Assembly: GCA_000934665.2 (NCBI GenBank)
Contig: KZ537994.1
Coordinates: 62,001-126,000, forward strand
Length of the DNA: 64,000 nt
Direction: 5' to 3'
Origin: Catajapyx aquilonaris
Lineage: Eukaryota
Part shown: positions 61,901-64,000 of the stretch, piece after piece
Numbering within the stretch: the stretch's first letter is position 1
Layout of the letters: the number at the start of each line of letters is the position of its first letter
Program-made: the position numbers and the translations under genes
Notes under the pieces: model-generated
The model's input: the letters and a program-made list of their open reading frames with translations, nothing else
Databases searched by the model: none
Told to the model about the DNA's origin: nothing

Positions 61901-64000
61901 CCCAACAATTTCCCAACTTCGCCAGGAAGAACATTTCCTACGTTCTATATAGTTTTAGCACGACTGAGCTAATTTCGGTTTACTGCAGGCGTGTTGTTTG
62001 GAGCTGGAATACACAGCACTTACTTCTCGCCCAACACGAAGATGTTGGCTGAAACCATCCTGTGGGCTATGCTGTGCATATTTCCGTCTTTGACCATGAT
62101 GCAAGGCCTGATAAACCTGTTCACGCTGAGCCTGAACAACCACCGCTGCCAGTTTATACCACATTCTTTGGTGGCCATGGCATGCTCCTTCCTGCAGAGG
62201 AGCGGAGAGGATGTGATGGGACAGACCTGTGCCGATGTGACAAAACACACCAATTTTGCTTGCTGCAGTAAGAATACCGCAAACACAGAGGTCTTCTTCA
62301 GCTTCGCCATGCCCATGGATCGACTGCACATGTGGGGCAGTAACTGCTTCTTTCCCGAACGTATAGATGATGGCAAAGTCGAGGACAAAGTTAATTGCGA
62401 ATATCACTTCCCGGCCAATGTCCCTGGAATGATGGCGATCTTCGCCATGCTTGTGTTTCAAGCTCTCTTCTACTTCCTGTGTGTATTGCTCATTGAAAAG
62501 GGGATCTTCAGGCATTTGTATAATTACGTAAGTACCCTGATTCAGTGCATGTCCAACGTCCAGGTCAGCATTAAATGTGTAAAAGGCAGACTATACACTG
62601 TCCGCATACCACCAGCAAAATGCGGATAGTCCTGTCGCGTCGTAGTGCCTTGCAAAACACACCATCCTTTTTTTTCAATCGCGTAGTCCAGCTTGCATGA
62701 ACGACTATAGGCTATGTCTAGTTACAATGCGCAATCAGAGATGTTCTTTATACAACCAGCCAGCCCTGTGAATGAGTAGCGGAAAGAAGCACTTTTCTTT
62801 CCGCTACTCGTTCATCCTGGAAGTCTGGTTACCCAGCGACCAACAGAGGCACACGGGTGGCTCTGAAGAGTTAGGATAATCGCCAGGCAATTACGCGTAC
62901 TGGTGTACTACAGTACAATGCTGTAGGCCTACAGTACAATAACCTACAGGAGAAACCAATCCTTAAATTCTCAGGTCAAAGTTCGTTTTCCTTGACGAGT
63001 TGACGCTTCGATGACGCGGATTCTTATATCTGTCTCCTGACAGATTCTCGGCAAGAAGAATACCCTGCAGCCATACCTCGGGATGTCCCTCAGCTTCGAG
63101 CCAGGTGTCCGTCAGGAGCGCGTGGCCGTGAGCGGCTTCGTGCGTCGAGGAGGCCTGCACCAGAGGGCCCTGGTCCTGTACGAGATGACCAAAGTGTACA
63201 AGAAGAAGACGGCCTGGAGGGGCAGTGGGGATTGGCGCAGCCTGGGGTACCCTCTGTACAACTTGAGTCTGAGCGTGCAGCACGGGGAGATCGTCGGGGT
63301 GGTGGGGCCAGTAGGAGCAGGAAAGACCACCCTGGTGAGGATTCTGACTGGTCAGACCACCCAAACCCACGGGGACGCCTTCCTCTTCGGCACCAGCCTG
63401 CAGTCGGATCCGAACAAGTTCCTGTCCATGGTTGGGTACAGCCCCGCGCACGAAGGGCTGGTCACAGAGATGACCGGGAGGGAGACGGTGGCCCTGATGG
63501 GCCAGCTGAGGGGCGTTTGCGGGAGGAAGCTGAAGCACGAGATTAGCAGGTGGTGCAAGGACTTTGGCATCCTGGAGAAGGAGCTGAACAGGGAGTGCAG
63601 GCTGATGGGGGTGGCGCACAGGAGGATCCTCAGCATCTTTAGCGCGGTGGTGGGACGGCCTCCTCTGGTGGTGCTCCACGAGCCCACCAAAGGTCTGGGG
63701 CCAAGGGCCAAGGCCAGACTCCTCGCGGCTCTCCTAAAGAACAAGAAGAAGTTTCGGGCCTGTCTCGTCGTTTCCAGCAGGTATGACAAATGTCCTGAAT
63801 GTTCATGTAGCACTTGCTTCAGGTAGGTCCTATTCTAAGACCATTCTTAACATGCATTGGCAAATACATTTAGATGACATTATGAGTTGTGATGGGTTAT
63901 AAACGCCTGCCAGTTATATCTTCCAATTAATAATACATATGGAATTTCATGCAGCGTGGAAGACTGCCAGAACCTGTGCCAGAGGATAGGAGTGATGATA
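55925..64000 (+). CDS. ABC transporter subfamily A (ABCA3-like full transporter), divergent, cut off by the window end
   Basis: Phase-consistent exons: 55925-55930, 55989-56394, 56460-56693, 56842-56984, 57082-57246, 57310-57544, 57627-57806, 57898-58100, 58181-58478, 58556-58698, 58804-58959, 59047-59118, 59205-59343, 60097-60358, 60426-60624, 60692-61174, 61346-61640, 61752-61889, 61989-62527, 63044-63780, 63955->64000. ABCA hallmarks: MCKNLIHRKR..LLEIFGP, YIESGMLLVQTTLNEAFI, YEKERG, LTVRENL, LLLDEPT, CCGSP, GAGY.L, WYN..PHS, GPVGAGKTT, MTGRET; TMD-NBD-TMD-NBD layout. Confidence 0.88.

Noticed and set aside
62963..63813. Antisense ORFs (238 and 153 aa) over the ABCA NBD2 exon, and similar ones over WNK exons
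   Set aside because: Shadow ORFs of GC-rich coding exons; no motifs or splice structure of their own.

Overview
Eukaryotic genomic DNA, most likely an arthropod (insect-like WNK motifs, a DRE promoter element, many short introns). I reconstructed five intron-containing genes by hand from splice sites and reading phase. (1) DUS4-like tRNA-dihydrouridine synthase (+, 262-1336). (2) A very large WNK Ser/Thr kinase (-, 24 coding exons, 2644-35147, about 3370 aa if all exons are used), including a giant poly-Q exon. (3) A SMIM29/C3orf18-family single-pass membrane protein (+, 45092-45893). (4) HSDL2 (-, 50932-54820, ending in PTS1 AKL). (5) An ABCA-subfamily transporter (+, from 55925, running off the window end). 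Introns and intergenic DNA carry Tc1/mariner, pogo, hAT and PIF-type non-autonomous elements, SINE remnants and a 5'-truncated LINE. The most notable observations: the ABCA frame is intact but both nucleotide-binding domains have lost most catalytic motifs (candidate pseudo-ATPase); several introns need GC donors; the SMIM29-like stop is in a UGA-CUAG readthrough context; a uORF stop overlaps the WNK start codon; and a foldback array with six perfect CRE sites lies upstream of WNK. I found no CRISPR array, RNA gene or prokaryotic-type system. All gene models are unverified manual predictions.
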